64,000 nt of DNA, taken from positions 32,001 through 96,000 of the forward strand of contig JACQIB010000002.1 of NCBI GenBank assembly GCA_016198755.1, in the 5' to 3' direction. The translations under genes and the position numbers were made by a program. Below the pieces are notes generated by a model. The model saw only the letters and a list, made by a program, of their open reading frames with translations, made no database searches and was not told the DNA's origin. Positions 19,299 through 28,884 of this stretch are shown here, in pieces. Positions within the stretch are counted from its first letter, which is position 1. Every line of letters starts with the position of its first letter. Source of the DNA: Candidatus Aenigmatarchaeota archaeon. Lineage in GTDB: Archaea > Aenigmatarchaeota > Aenigmatarchaeia > Aenigmatarchaeales > JACQIB01.

Positions 19299-21438
19299 CT
19301 TCGTATATCTTTACTTGAGAATTTCTGAAAACAAGCTTAAACTTTTCTAATCCAAATCCATCCAAAAAGAACATTCTCGTGAACATGCTATCTTCCAATA
19401 TATCCGGAATCATGACTAAATAACCATAATTGTCTTCTGCCCAAATGGCTCTCGGAATAGTCTGATTTACAATATTTATACCAAGCTGCGAAGTTATAGG
19501 ACTGACAACCGGTATAAGATTTTTCAATTCCTCATCTTTTATAGAGAAATCTGTTAGTCCGGTATCATTCCTGTATATTACATGACTAAAGAAAACAGCA
19601 TTATTTCCTTCACGATAAAGAACCAAAGGCACAGAGCCATGAAGCACAATAATCTCTTTATTCGGAGTACCTGATGGTTCTGGTAAATCATATATTCTCA
19701 TTCCCATCTTACCATCTGCCGTATATTTCGCAGAAGTCTGTGGCACATACATATACATTTCGCACTTAGGATCACCAGTCCTACCATCACATCCTGTTCC
19801 AAAGTATTGCAGCCACTGAAACTTTTGTATTAAGTCATCTGATGCTATCCAATATGCTGTGTCAGATGTACCCTTATATTTTTTCAGTATATCTATAGCT
19901 TTGTTTTCATCTGTTTCAAGGAAAACCTTTCCAAGATCAGATATCCTCTGATTAATACCATACAAACAGCTTTCATTTCCACAGTGTGCACCATCAGCAA
20001 TAACCCTTCTTTCACCCAATCCAGTAATCATATGCCCAGGATCCCACCAAGTTCCAACCAATGCATTTTCAGGTGTTTTTTCTTTAAGAAACTTCCAAGC
20101 TGCATCCCAGTTACCACTGTGATCTGGTCCAAGTCCAATAGAAAGTTGCAATCCTATAAACATTGTTGTAGCAGCTAAAAATAAAACAAGACCACTGCAT
20201 AAAACTGCCATTAAAGTCCTTCCGGCATTTTCACTTCCTTTCTGCCTAGACCAAAAATAGTCTATTAAATATCCTGTACCTGCTGCTACAGTAATTAAAA
20301 TGAAAATAGATGAAAATTCTGTAAATCTTGCACCACGTGTTGTAGTGTAAATACCAACTGAAACCAATGTTATAAGGAAAGCAGAATTTACAAATTCTTT
20401 TCTTTTTATTGACATAACAAAAGAACCAGCAATAAAAATCAGCATAAGAATAAAAATAGTTATATCTATAATACCATCTCCAGTCACAACTCTACCAAAT
20501 GCTACCAGCCAGTTTCCGATTTCCATAAGATTGACATTCTGCAATTCTGCTATGGATATGTTTACTATGAGTGCTTCTGGTTTTTGTGCCCAGCCCAAGA
20601 GGCTGACAAAAGCCCCAATTATATCAACTTTGCTAATTATACCAAATATCAAAATAGAAGCAATTATAACAAGAATCGAAACTATGAGCATTGTAGTTTC
20701 TTTAACAGATCCTTGGATAGATTTGCCAAAAACACCGGAAATAAGTGAAATTATAAAGAAAACCGGTATAGCAATCGCTGCTATAAAAATAACGTAGAAG
20801 AATGTGGTCCACATTAGCATGAATCCTACGAATGATGCAGCAGCGAAACAATAGCTAAAAATTGTCTTCCTTTTCATCGCATAAATTACTGAAAATAATG
20901 TCAAAAGAATAAAGAAAACCACAAGTTGATCTGTATCATAGCTGCCTCCAAATGTTCTTATAAGTATTTGCGGTGCTGAACCTATCAAAGCCGCAGATAT
21001 TAATCCTCCATATTTGTTTGAAAGTTCTCTCCCAAGAAAGAAAGCAGGTATTACAATCGCAGCTCCATACAAAGCCGAAAGCAAACTTGCTGTTGATAAG
21101 AGCGTAAATCCAAAGTTTTTCAAAATCCAGTAAATCAGAGCAGAAAGATAGAACATTATCGGAGGTGCGCTGTTTATGGTTATTTCCCTTCCAGGAGTAT
21201 AAGTCAATTCATCCCACTTAGGCAGTTCCCCATAGTCTGCAACATATTTCGTATATCTATATTCAAATACCGGATCAAATGACAGCAATTTATTTGGGTC
21301 TAAGTTTGCAGCTCTTATAGAGTAAGAAAAGCAAATTATGAATAAAAGAGCTAAAATCCACCAATGTTGTTTGGCTAAATCAGCTAATCTATAAGCTACT
21401 TTAAGATAGTTTGAAACGGGTACTTCCGTGCCTTCCAT
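19288..21438 (-). CDS. aglB: Oligosaccharyltransferase AglB (STT3)
   Basis: FDPVF, GSYDTD (DxD), SIAEL (TIxE-like), WWDPG (WWDYG variant), multi-TM N-terminal half. Confidence 0.93.
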   Translation of the reverse strand: MEGTEVPVSNYLKVAYRLADLAKQHWWILALLFIICFSYSIRAANLDPNKLLSFDPVFEYRYTKYVADYGELPKWDELTYTPGREITINSAPPIMFYLSALIYWILKNFGFTLLSTASLLSALYGAAIVIPAFFLGRELSNKYGGLISAALIGSAPQILIRTFGGSYDTDQLVVFFILLTLFSVIYAMKRKTIFSYCFAAASFVGFMLMWTTFFYVIFIAAIAIPVFFIISLISGVFGKSIQGSVKETTMLIVSILVIIASILIFGIISKVDIIGAFVSLLGWAQKPEALIVNISIAELQNVNLMEIGNWLVAFGRVVTGDGIIDITIFILMLIFIAGSFVMSIKRKEFVNSAFLITLVSVGIYTTTRGARFTEFSSIFILITVAAGTGYLIDYFWSRQKGSENAGRTLMAVLCSGLVLFLAATTMFIGLQLSIGLGPDHSGNWDAAWKFLKEKTPENALVGTWWDPGHMITGLGERRVIADGAHCGNESCLYGINQRISDLGKVFLETDENKAIDILKKYKGTSDTAYWIASDDLIQKFQWLQYFGTGCDGRTGDPKCEMYMYVPQTSAKYTADGKMGMRIYDLPEPSGTPNKEIIVLHGSVPLVLYREGNNAVFFSHVIYRNDTGLTDFSIKDEELKNLIPVVSPITSQLGINIVNQTIPRAIWAEDNYGYLVMIPDILEDSMFTRMFFLDGFGLEKFKLVFRNSQVKIYEVKF

Positions 21439-21470
21439 AAAACCAACAATTGTACCTCAGGCTTATAAGC

Positions 21471-21608
21471 CTACCAGTCATCCTCATCTTCGTCCTCATC
21501 CTCTTCCTCAGTGTCCAGATCCTTGGATGAGGAGCTAGTATCTATTTCCTGCTCTTCGTGCCCTTCTGCGTTTTCTTCTAGTAACTTTTTTACTGGACGT
21601 TTTTGCAT
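21471..21608 (-). CDS. Small protein with basic N-terminus and acidic C-terminus (45 aa)
   Basis: GGGGGTGA RBS before ATG 21608 and a TTTAAATA box upstream. Sequence MQKRPVKK...EEEDEDEDEDDW. Confidence 0.65.
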   Translation of the reverse strand: MQKRPVKKLLEENAEGHEEQEIDTSSSSKDLDTEEEDEDEDEDDW

Positions 21609-21691
21609 AAATTCACCCCCGAATTCATTTCTTAGGCATACAATTAGTAAGTATTTAAACTTTTCCTTCCTCCGCATTTAAGGCACTATAA

Positions 21692-22936
21692 TTATATTTC
21701 TCCAATATCCCCGTTTTTTGGTGCTGCAGAATCAAATCCCATGCCATTTAGCTCTGCTGCAAAATTTTCACACTGATCTCCGTGCATAACAAAAATCTTT
21801 TCAGGTGTTACCTTTTTTATGAATTCTAACAACTCTCCTCTGTCAGCATGCGCTGAAAAATCCAAAAATTCTGTTTTCATTTTCACTTTCTGATCAAATC
21901 CATTCTGCACAAACCTTCCAGTATCCTGCAAAACCTTACCTGCGGTCTCCGGTATCTGAAAACCAACAAAAATCAATGAGCATTCCGGTCTGTTATAGAG
22001 TTTTTTAATGTAGCTGGCAGAAGGCCCCCCATCCACACATCCTCCAGTTGTTATTATGGCGCATGGTTTTTTCAATGCTTCAGCTCTTTCTTCTTCTGTA
22101 TACAAAGGATAAACATCTTCCAGAGCTTTCTTCAGTGCAGCAGGATCTCTTAAGAATTCAGGATATCTCAAAGCTATATCAGTTGCTTCCCTAGCCATAC
22201 CATCCAAATAAACAGGTATACTTCCAGCTATTCTGTCTAAAATCATTGCAACTTCAGCAGCTCTTCCAACAGCAAATGATGGAATTATAGCTATTCCCCC
22301 ATTGCCTATGGTATCTTCCACAGCTTCTATCAGCTTTCTTTCTGTTTCAGCCCTATCTGGATGCAGTCTGTTAGAATATGTTGATTCTGTAAAAAGCACA
22401 TCCACCTTTTCCAAATTTTCTATCCTTGCTCCAGCCAGTAGTTGTGTTGGTTTAAGTTTTAGATCTCCAGTGTATAATATATTCTTTTTAAACAACTTTA
22501 CTAAAAACATGCAAGATCCAGGTATATGTCCTGCATCTATAACATCCACAAGAGCCTTTCCAACTTCAAACTGCTGTCCATAAGTTACTCTATGCTGGTT
22601 CATTTTCATCAGTTCAAGCTGTTTATCCCCAAAAAGCGGGCTTTTCCCATTGGCTTTTGCAACTTTTATGCTATCCTTTAAAATCAATTCCCCCAAATCA
22701 AATGTGGAAACAGTTGAAAATATGCTTGGAGTTCCAGAGAAAAAGAGTGATGGAACAGAACCTATATGGTCCAAGTGTGCATGTGAAACAAACACTGATT
22801 TTGGCTGTACTTTTATAGGTGGTGTCCCCTCTTCCACATTTAGTCCATAATCAAAAACTATTTCCTCTCCATTAGGGTCAATCAAAACTCCATTTCTTCC
22901 AACTTCCCCAAAACCACCCAAAGCCTTGAATTTCAT
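21692..22936 (-). CDS. Beta-CASP metallo-beta-lactamase ribonuclease (aCPSF-like, no KH domains)
   Basis: GGFGEVGRN, SHAHLDHIG, AGHIPGS, YTGD, ESTY, FSAHAD, MHGD. Confidence 0.92.
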   Translation of the reverse strand: MKFKALGGFGEVGRNGVLIDPNGEEIVFDYGLNVEEGTPPIKVQPKSVFVSHAHLDHIGSVPSLFFSGTPSIFSTVSTFDLGELILKDSIKVAKANGKSPLFGDKQLELMKMNQHRVTYGQQFEVGKALVDVIDAGHIPGSCMFLVKLFKKNILYTGDLKLKPTQLLAGARIENLEKVDVLFTESTYSNRLHPDRAETERKLIEAVEDTIGNGGIAIIPSFAVGRAAEVAMILDRIAGSIPVYLDGMAREATDIALRYPEFLRDPAALKKALEDVYPLYTEEERAEALKKPCAIITTGGCVDGGPSASYIKKLYNRPECSLIFVGFQIPETAGKVLQDTGRFVQNGFDQKVKMKTEFLDFSAHADRGELLEFIKKVTPEKIFVMHGDQCENFAAELNGMGFDSAAPKNGDIGEI

Positions 22937-23027
22937 ACCTTTCAGTTCTATTTCCTTCAATAAATACTCTATACAGACCTGACTGGAAGGCTTTTTAACT
23001 TAAAAACAGAATCTGTTTCGTGATGAA

Positions 23028-24116
23028 ATGGACATAGAAAGGAGAATAGAGCTTATAACAAGAGCTCCAGTAGAGGAGGTTGTAACAATAGAAGAGCTGC
23101 GCGAGCTTTTACAGACCAAGGAACATCCATCTGCTTATGACGGATTCGAGCCCTCAGGTATAGCTCACTTGGGCTCAGGATTATTGAGGGCAATAAAGAT
23201 AGCCGACCTGCTCGAGGCAGGCGTAAAGTTCAAACTTTTTGTTGCTGATTGGCATGCTTGGTGCAACAATAAATTAGGAGGTTCTCTGGAAAATATACAA
23301 ACAGCCGGAAAATACCTTATAGAAGCCTGGAGAGCTTGTGGTGTAGATACAAAGAAAGTTGAAGTTGTTTGGGCAAGCGATGTTGTAAAAGATCCCGAAT
23401 ACTGGAAGACTGTACTAGCTTTTTCCAAGGCTTCTACAGTGGACAGGATAAAAAGATGCAGCACTATAATAGGAAGACGGGAGGGTGAGATGCAGTACAT
23501 GTCCATGTTTATTTACCCGTTAATGCAGGCTGTGGATCCATTTTTCCTTAAAACAGAGATATGCCAGCTTGGTATGGACCAAAGAAGAGTATACATGTTG
23601 TCAAGAGAACTGGGTCCAAAGCTTGGTTACAATAAACCCATAGTAATAAGCCATCATTTAATGATAGGATTACAGGGACCCTCAAAAATGGGCGGTTTTG
23701 ATACAAACAAAGCTGTTGACGAGGAAATAGCAAGCAAAATGAGCAAATCTATTCCAAATACAGCAATTTTTATCCATGACTCTCCGGAAGAAATAAAGAA
23801 AAAAATATCAGAAGCTTTCTGCCCTGCAAAACAAACAGAAGAAAATCCCATCCTTGAAATATGCAAGTACATTGTTTTCAGGAAACAGAAGTCCCTAAAT
23901 ATAGACAGACCAGCAAAGTTTGGAGGTCCACTTGAATTTAGCGGTTATGAGGAGCTTGAAAAAGCCTTCCGTGAAGGTTTACATCCTGCAGACTTGAAAA
24001 CTGCAGTTTCCGATTCTATAATAAAAATACTTGAACCTGTAAGAAAACACTTTGAAAAGGATAAAACAGCTAAAAAACTGCTGGAACAGGTAAAAGGATT
24101 CTCAGTAACGCGCTAA
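23028..24116 (+). CDS. tyrS: Tyrosine--tRNA ligase (archaeal type)
   Basis: AYDGFEPSG, HLGS (HIGH-like), YPLMQAVD, GMDQR, KMSKS, LHPADLK. Confidence 0.96.
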   Translation: MDIERRIELITRAPVEEVVTIEELRELLQTKEHPSAYDGFEPSGIAHLGSGLLRAIKIADLLEAGVKFKLFVADWHAWCNNKLGGSLENIQTAGKYLIEAWRACGVDTKKVEVVWASDVVKDPEYWKTVLAFSKASTVDRIKRCSTIIGRREGEMQYMSMFIYPLMQAVDPFFLKTEICQLGMDQRRVYMLSRELGPKLGYNKPIVISHHLMIGLQGPSKMGGFDTNKAVDEEIASKMSKSIPNTAIFIHDSPEEIKKKISEAFCPAKQTEENPILEICKYIVFRKQKSLNIDRPAKFGGPLEFSGYEELEKAFREGLHPADLKTAVSDSIIKILEPVRKHFEKDKTAKKLLEQVKGFSVTR

Positions 24117-24736
24117 GCCTTTCCAACCTTTAAAATAAACTGGTATGCAAGCAGGCTTGGCCAGATTTTTGTTATAAAATAAATAGCAGGTTTCCATGGT
24201 GTATAATCTTCTTTCAGTACTTTGAAACCAGAGTTCTCCAGTAGTTTCCTTGCGGTTTTCAATGTAAAAAACCTCAGGTGACCAGAATCCATTATTCCAG
24301 TTTCAGTATAGTCCCACTTTCCAAAAAGGTGCTTTAATCTCATAGTCCAATACCCGATATTAGGCAGGCTTACAACAATATATCCCTCAGGCTTCAAAAA
24401 CCCAGAAAGCTTTTTCAAAGTTATATCAGGTTCTTTCATATGCTCAAGCACATCAGCCAGAACAATAACATCAAACGATGCCTTCCCCATAGGCAGCTTT
24501 TCCATATCTTCTATATCCCCTCCAATAACCTCTATCCCAGCTTTCCTAGCAACTTCAGCTGCTTCATTTTCAATTTCAATTCCTACAACAGAGCATCCAT
24601 GTTCTTTCATTTTAGAAGAAAGATAGCCTGTTGCACAGCCAATTTCCAGCACCTTTTTATTGTTTCCGACAAGTTCTAGGACTTTTTCATGTGCTCCATG
24701 CTTTGTGCCGCTATATTTTGTATACTTTAAAACCAT
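24113..24736 (-). CDS. Class I SAM-dependent methyltransferase
   Basis: VLEIGCATG motif I, FDVIVLADVLEH, VSLPN, HLRFFT. Confidence 0.88.
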   Translation of the reverse strand: MVLKYTKYSGTKHGAHEKVLELVGNNKKVLEIGCATGYLSSKMKEHGCSVVGIEIENEAAEVARKAGIEVIGGDIEDMEKLPMGKASFDVIVLADVLEHMKEPDITLKKLSGFLKPEGYIVVSLPNIGYWTMRLKHLFGKWDYTETGIMDSGHLRFFTLKTARKLLENSGFKVLKEDYTPWKPAIYFITKIWPSLLAYQFILKVGKA

Positions 24737-24819
24737 TGAAACCAATTAATAAGAGATACGAAAGCCTTTAAATACTATGCCTATATTATATCCATCCGAG
24801 CATTCTAAGCGGTGAAATT

Positions 24820-27081
24820 GTGAGTACAATAATAATATGCGAAAAACCAGATGCAGCTGATCATATAGCCCATGCACTTGCGGAAAAAGATTTGAAGAAA
24901 AAGAAGAGTGAATTTGGGGTTGACTACTGGGAATTTACACGTGGTAACAAAAAATACCTTGCAGTTGCAGCTGTTGGTCACCTATTTAATCTAAAGCAGA
25001 AGGGCGGGAAAGGCTGGACATACCCGATTTTTGATGTTGAATGGGCACCTTCCTTTGAAATACGGAAAAAGGCAGAATTTTCTGCCAAATACTTCAAAAC
25101 CCTCCAGTCCCTCTCTAAGGATGGTTCTGATTTTGTGATAGCCTGCGATTTTGACAATGAGGGAACTGTTATAGGGTACAATATACTGCATTTTATTTTC
25201 GGGAAGAATGATGCAAAGAGAATGAAATTCTCAACTTTAACAAAGCAAGACCTTCAAAAATCTTTTGCTGAAATGAACTCACATTTAGATTTTCAAAACC
25301 TTGAAACAGGCCTTGCCCGCCATATGATAGATTTTTACTATGGAATAAACAGTTCCCGTGCCCTAACATTAGCAATAAAAAAATCTTCTACCCGTTTTAC
25401 TCTTCTTTCAGCAGGTCGTGTTCAGGGACCAGTACTTTACATGCTTGCAGAGCGCGAGGCAGAAATAAAATCCTTTAAGCCTGTTCCATACTGGCATTTG
25501 CAGGCTATAGTCTTGTTAGATGGAAAGGAAATGATAGCCGAACATTTGACAGATAAATACTGGAAGAAGGATGAGGCTGATGCAGCCCTGAAAAATTCAA
25601 AATCAGAAGTTGCAGTTGTTGATTCTGTTGAGAAAAAAGAACATAAAGAATCTCCTCCAGTTCCTTTTAACATAACAAGTCTTCAGACAGAAGCCTACAA
25701 ACTCTTTGGTTATAGCCCCCAGCAAACCTTGTCTATAGCTCAGGATCTTTACACTAAAGCTTACACAAGCTATCCGCGCACAAGCAGCGAAAAACTTCCT
25801 CCACAGATAAATTACAGAGAAATATTGGAAGCTGTTTCTAAAATTAGAAAGTACGAAAAACTCGCCAAAAAACTGCTTAGTTTGCAGGAACTAAAACCAA
25901 CAGAAGGAAAAAGAGATGATCCTGCACACGAAGCATTGCACCCAACAGTTGAGCCGCCAGATTATGAAAAGCTAAAAAGCATGCACAAGAATATTTACGA
26001 CCTTATAGTTCGCAGATTCTTTTCAGTTTTCGGCGAGCCAGCCATAAGAGAAGGTATGAAAATACTTTTCAATATAGGAAAGGAAAAATACAAAGTCAGC
26101 GGCAGGAGGACAATAAAACCCGGTTGGATAGAATTCTATGGACCACTTGCAAAGTTTGATGAAATAACTCTGCCGGATTTAAAGAACGGCGACAAAACAA
26201 AGGTTAAAGGGCTGAATATGCTTTCTAAAGAAACCCAGCCACCTGACCGTTATTCCCAAGCTTCTGTAATAAAAGAAATGGAAACGCGTGGTTTGGGCAC
26301 GCGTGCAACCCGTTCCGCAATACTTCAAACACTGTATGACAGAAGTTACATTACAGACAAAAGCGTAAAGGTAACTGAACTGGGGATTAAGGTTGCAGGA
26401 GTTTTGAAAAAGTATGTCCCTGATTTTGTTGATGAAAAGTTTACAAAGGAAATGGAAGAAGATTTGGAAAGAATTACAGAAGGCAAAGTAAAGAAGGAGA
26501 AGGTTCTGGAGGAAGCTAAAAAAGCCCTGATAAAGATATGCAAAGACTTCAAGGAAAACGAGGAAAAGATAGGGAAGGACATTGGAAAAGCTGTCATGAA
26601 TACACAGGAGGACAAAAATACTGTTGGCACATGCCCGAATTGCGGGGGAACACTGAAAGTTTTATTCAGTATTTTCACAAAGAAATCTTTCGTTGGCTGC
26701 TCAAGCTACAACCGCTGTTCAAAGTGTGAAATGACAAAGAAAGCCTGCAAATGCGAGTGTCCTATATGTAAGCAACCGAAGGGGAAGTGTGCAGACAGCT
26801 GGAAAGACAAAGTTTATTCTCCAAAATGTTCTACAGGTTATCCATTGCCTGCAGCTGCAACCATACAGAGGCTGGACAAGGTTTGTGAAAAGTGCAAAAC
26901 CCCGCTGATAATGGTTTATAGAAAGGGGAAAAGACCATTCAAGATGTGCCTTTCTCCGGAATGTCCAACAAAAGCTGAATGGGGCAAGCCTAAGTCAGGA
27001 GCCCAGAAACAAAAGAAAACACTCCCTTCAAAAAAGGTGCAAGCCAAAAAAGCGGAAAAGAAAATCCAGCCAAAAGCATAA
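24820..27081 (+). CDS. topA: DNA topoisomerase IA with C-terminal zinc ribbons
   Basis: ICEKP, GHL, ACDFDNEG (TOPRIM), SAGRVQ, SYPRT (catalytic Tyr), AHEALHPT, GLGTRATR. Confidence 0.95.
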   Translation: MSTIIICEKPDAADHIAHALAEKDLKKKKSEFGVDYWEFTRGNKKYLAVAAVGHLFNLKQKGGKGWTYPIFDVEWAPSFEIRKKAEFSAKYFKTLQSLSKDGSDFVIACDFDNEGTVIGYNILHFIFGKNDAKRMKFSTLTKQDLQKSFAEMNSHLDFQNLETGLARHMIDFYYGINSSRALTLAIKKSSTRFTLLSAGRVQGPVLYMLAEREAEIKSFKPVPYWHLQAIVLLDGKEMIAEHLTDKYWKKDEADAALKNSKSEVAVVDSVEKKEHKESPPVPFNITSLQTEAYKLFGYSPQQTLSIAQDLYTKAYTSYPRTSSEKLPPQINYREILEAVSKIRKYEKLAKKLLSLQELKPTEGKRDDPAHEALHPTVEPPDYEKLKSMHKNIYDLIVRRFFSVFGEPAIREGMKILFNIGKEKYKVSGRRTIKPGWIEFYGPLAKFDEITLPDLKNGDKTKVKGLNMLSKETQPPDRYSQASVIKEMETRGLGTRATRSAILQTLYDRSYITDKSVKVTELGIKVAGVLKKYVPDFVDEKFTKEMEEDLERITEGKVKKEKVLEEAKKALIKICKDFKENEEKIGKDIGKAVMNTQEDKNTVGTCPNCGGTLKVLFSIFTKKSFVGCSSYNRCSKCEMTKKACKCECPICKQPKGKCADSWKDKVYSPKCSTGYPLPAAATIQRLDKVCEKCKTPLIMVYRKGKRPFKMCLSPECPTKAEWGKPKSGAQKQKKTLPSKKVQAKKAEKKIQPKA

Positions 27082-27280
27082 TACCAGCAGCCAAATCTAT
27101 TCCCCCAAGAATATCAAAGAAAAACCCTGACATAACACTTCCTCCCACCGAAAACAATCCTTTTACAAGCATTAACACAGCCACCCAAAAAACAATTTCC
27201 TGCCCGAAAAAATCAGGAAACAAAAATGATAGCCCAGCTAAAATATCCAATATACTTACAATAGGCAGGAAAATTCCCAT
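26990..27280 (-). CDS. Small hydrophobic membrane protein
   Basis: 96 aa, 3-4 TM segments with a repeated LD(I/L)xAG...KG(L/V)FS unit. Starts 2 bp after the radB stop and overlaps the topA 3' end. Confidence 0.6.
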   Translation of the reverse strand: MGIFLPIVSILDILAGLSFLFPDFFGQEIVFWVAVLMLVKGLFSVGGSVMSGFFFDILGGIDLAAGIMLLAGFSFPLFWLAPFLKGVFSFVSGLLT

Positions 27281-27282
27281 TG

Positions 27283-27954
27283 TTATCCCTTATAATCTCT
27301 TATTCCTTTTGAATAAATCTCAAATTCCACTCCCCTTTCCTCTGGCAGGCTTCTGGCCTTTTTTATAACTGCAAGCCTTCTTCCAGGTTTTCCAACATGA
27401 AACAGTTCTATAATATTCTTGCTCCACCATTTTACAATTGAGCTCCCGCTCATTTCCAGCCTGCCAGTCTTCGGGTTCTCATACACCTGATTTGTTATAA
27501 TAACAGGTATTTTGTTTGTTCGCGCTATTTTTGAGAGTACAGATAACTGAGTTGCCAGCTCCCTTATGGCTGTTTTTGCATTCTTTTCCTCTATATGAAC
27601 TCTCCATAAAGCTGCTATGCTATCCACTATAATAAGTCCTATATCCCTTTTCCTTGAAATAACTTCAGCCTTTTTCACGGCTTCCATTTGTTCCTCCCAT
27701 GTTTTTGGTTCAAGTAAAATTATCTTTTTTCCAACTTTCCCTCCATCTGCTATCTGATTTAATCTTTCCACTGAAAATCCCCCCTCAGTATCTATAAACA
27801 GTACTTTTTTCCCTCTTCCAACAGCAGAAACAGCACTAAGCATTGAAATCTGGCTCTTCCCAACAGCCGGAGGCCCGAAAAAGTTTGTAACACATCCATC
27901 TTCTACCCCACCCCCCAAAAGCCTGTCTATCGGAGTGCATACAGAAAGCCGCAT
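27283..27954 (-). CDS. radB: DNA repair and recombination protein RadB
   Basis: IDRLLGGG, GPPAVGKS Walker A, IDTEGGFS, IIVDS, ITNQVY. Short RecA core without the RadA N-domain. Confidence 0.88.
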   Translation of the reverse strand: MRLSVCTPIDRLLGGGVEDGCVTNFFGPPAVGKSQISMLSAVSAVGRGKKVLFIDTEGGFSVERLNQIADGGKVGKKIILLEPKTWEEQMEAVKKAEVISRKRDIGLIIVDSIAALWRVHIEEKNAKTAIRELATQLSVLSKIARTNKIPVIITNQVYENPKTGRLEMSGSSIVKWWSKNIIELFHVGKPGRRLAVIKKARSLPEERGVEFEIYSKGIRDYKG

Positions 27955-28003
27955 ACTGCGGATTAGGTTTCAAGAATTTAAATAGACCGTGCAATCTATA
28001 CCT

Positions 28004-28453
28004 ATGGAAAGAGTAACTTATCGTCTTGTTGCAACAGGCATTATAAAGAAAGGAAATAAAGTTCTAATCAGTCTGAAGGGCTCAGAACCACGCCCAATAC
28101 GCAATCAGTGGTACTTTCCAGGAGGCAACGTGGAAGCCGGTGAAAATCCTTTCTATTCTGTGTTGAGAGAAATAAAGGAGGAGACAGGCCTACGCGTAAA
28201 AGTTCTGCGTGTTATAGACTTCTTTCCAGAGTTCCGCGACTTCAATCCCTGGAAGTTCAAAGGCTGGATGATGCATATTGTTTTCGAATGTGAATATACT
28301 TCAGGCAAGCCATTTGCAAAGGACGATATAGTGCAGGTAAAATGGGCTTCTAAAAAAGAAATTTTAGAATATACAAGAAAAAATTCACATACAAGACTTG
28401 CAAAGTTTCTCAAAAACAGCAAAAACCTTAAGTCATTCTTCCAGCGGATTTAA
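28004..28453 (+). CDS. NUDIX hydrolase
   Basis: WYFPGGNVEAGE...REIKEETGL Nudix box. Confidence 0.9.
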   Translation: MERVTYRLVATGIIKKGNKVLISLKGSEPRPIRNQWYFPGGNVEAGENPFYSVLREIKEETGLRVKVLRVIDFFPEFRDFNPWKFKGWMMHIVFECEYTSGKPFAKDDIVQVKWASKKEILEYTRKNSHTRLAKFLKNSKNLKSFFQRI

Positions 28454-28462
28454 TCCATAACA

Positions 28463-28515
28463 GAAAGCTTTAAATACTTAGTATGTATAATAACACAAAT
28501 AGTTAGTATGTATAA
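28463..28515 (+). promoter_or_regulatory. BRE/TATA promoter with tandem 19-bp direct repeat (putative operator) of the cdc48 operon
   Basis: GAAAGC-TTTAAATA followed by AAATACTTAGTATGTATAA (28472-28490) and AAATAGTTAGTATGTATAA (28497-28515), 18/19 identical. Confidence 0.6.
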
Positions 28516-28535
28516 GGATACCAAAAGTGAGGAAA

Positions 28536-28883
28536 ATGCAGATTGAAATAAGAAAGAAAGGACCGGAAACTGCCATTCTGATTAGTTTTGACACGAATAC
28601 TGAAAGCTTCAAGTCTCCGTATGAAAGGAACAAGTTCTTTTCCGAGCTTCATGGGAGAAAGCAAATTGTTATAAACCAGTCAGGTAGATATGTTTACCAT
28701 AGACCAGGGCTTATGGATGAAATACCGCATATAGACGTGGACAGGTCCGTTTTCATAGTTGCGATGGAACATATGAAAAGAATGGAAGAGTTTTTCCATG
28801 ACTGGCAGAAGAATGTAATGTTCAAAACATTCCCCGTTTTACTTAGCAGGGAAGAAGCAGAAGAACTAAAGGAGGAAGAATAA
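28536..28883 (+). CDS. Hypothetical protein, possible Cas2/VapD/PaaX-like ferredoxin fold; first gene of cdc48 operon
   Basis: ILISFD...ERNKFFSELHG...RSVFIV pattern. GAGG RBS before ATG 28536. Stop is 1 bp before cdc48. Confidence 0.7.
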   Translation: MQIEIRKKGPETAILISFDTNTESFKSPYERNKFFSELHGRKQIVINQSGRYVYHRPGLMDEIPHIDVDRSVFIVAMEHMKRMEEFFHDWQKNVMFKTFPVLLSREEAEELKEEE

Positions 28884-28884
28884 T

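Noticed and set aside
28472-28515. Direct repeat next to a Cas2-like gene considered as a mini CRISPR array
   Set aside because: Only two 19-bp copies separated by 6 bp, with no spacer-sized unique sequence and no cas1. It fits an operator better.
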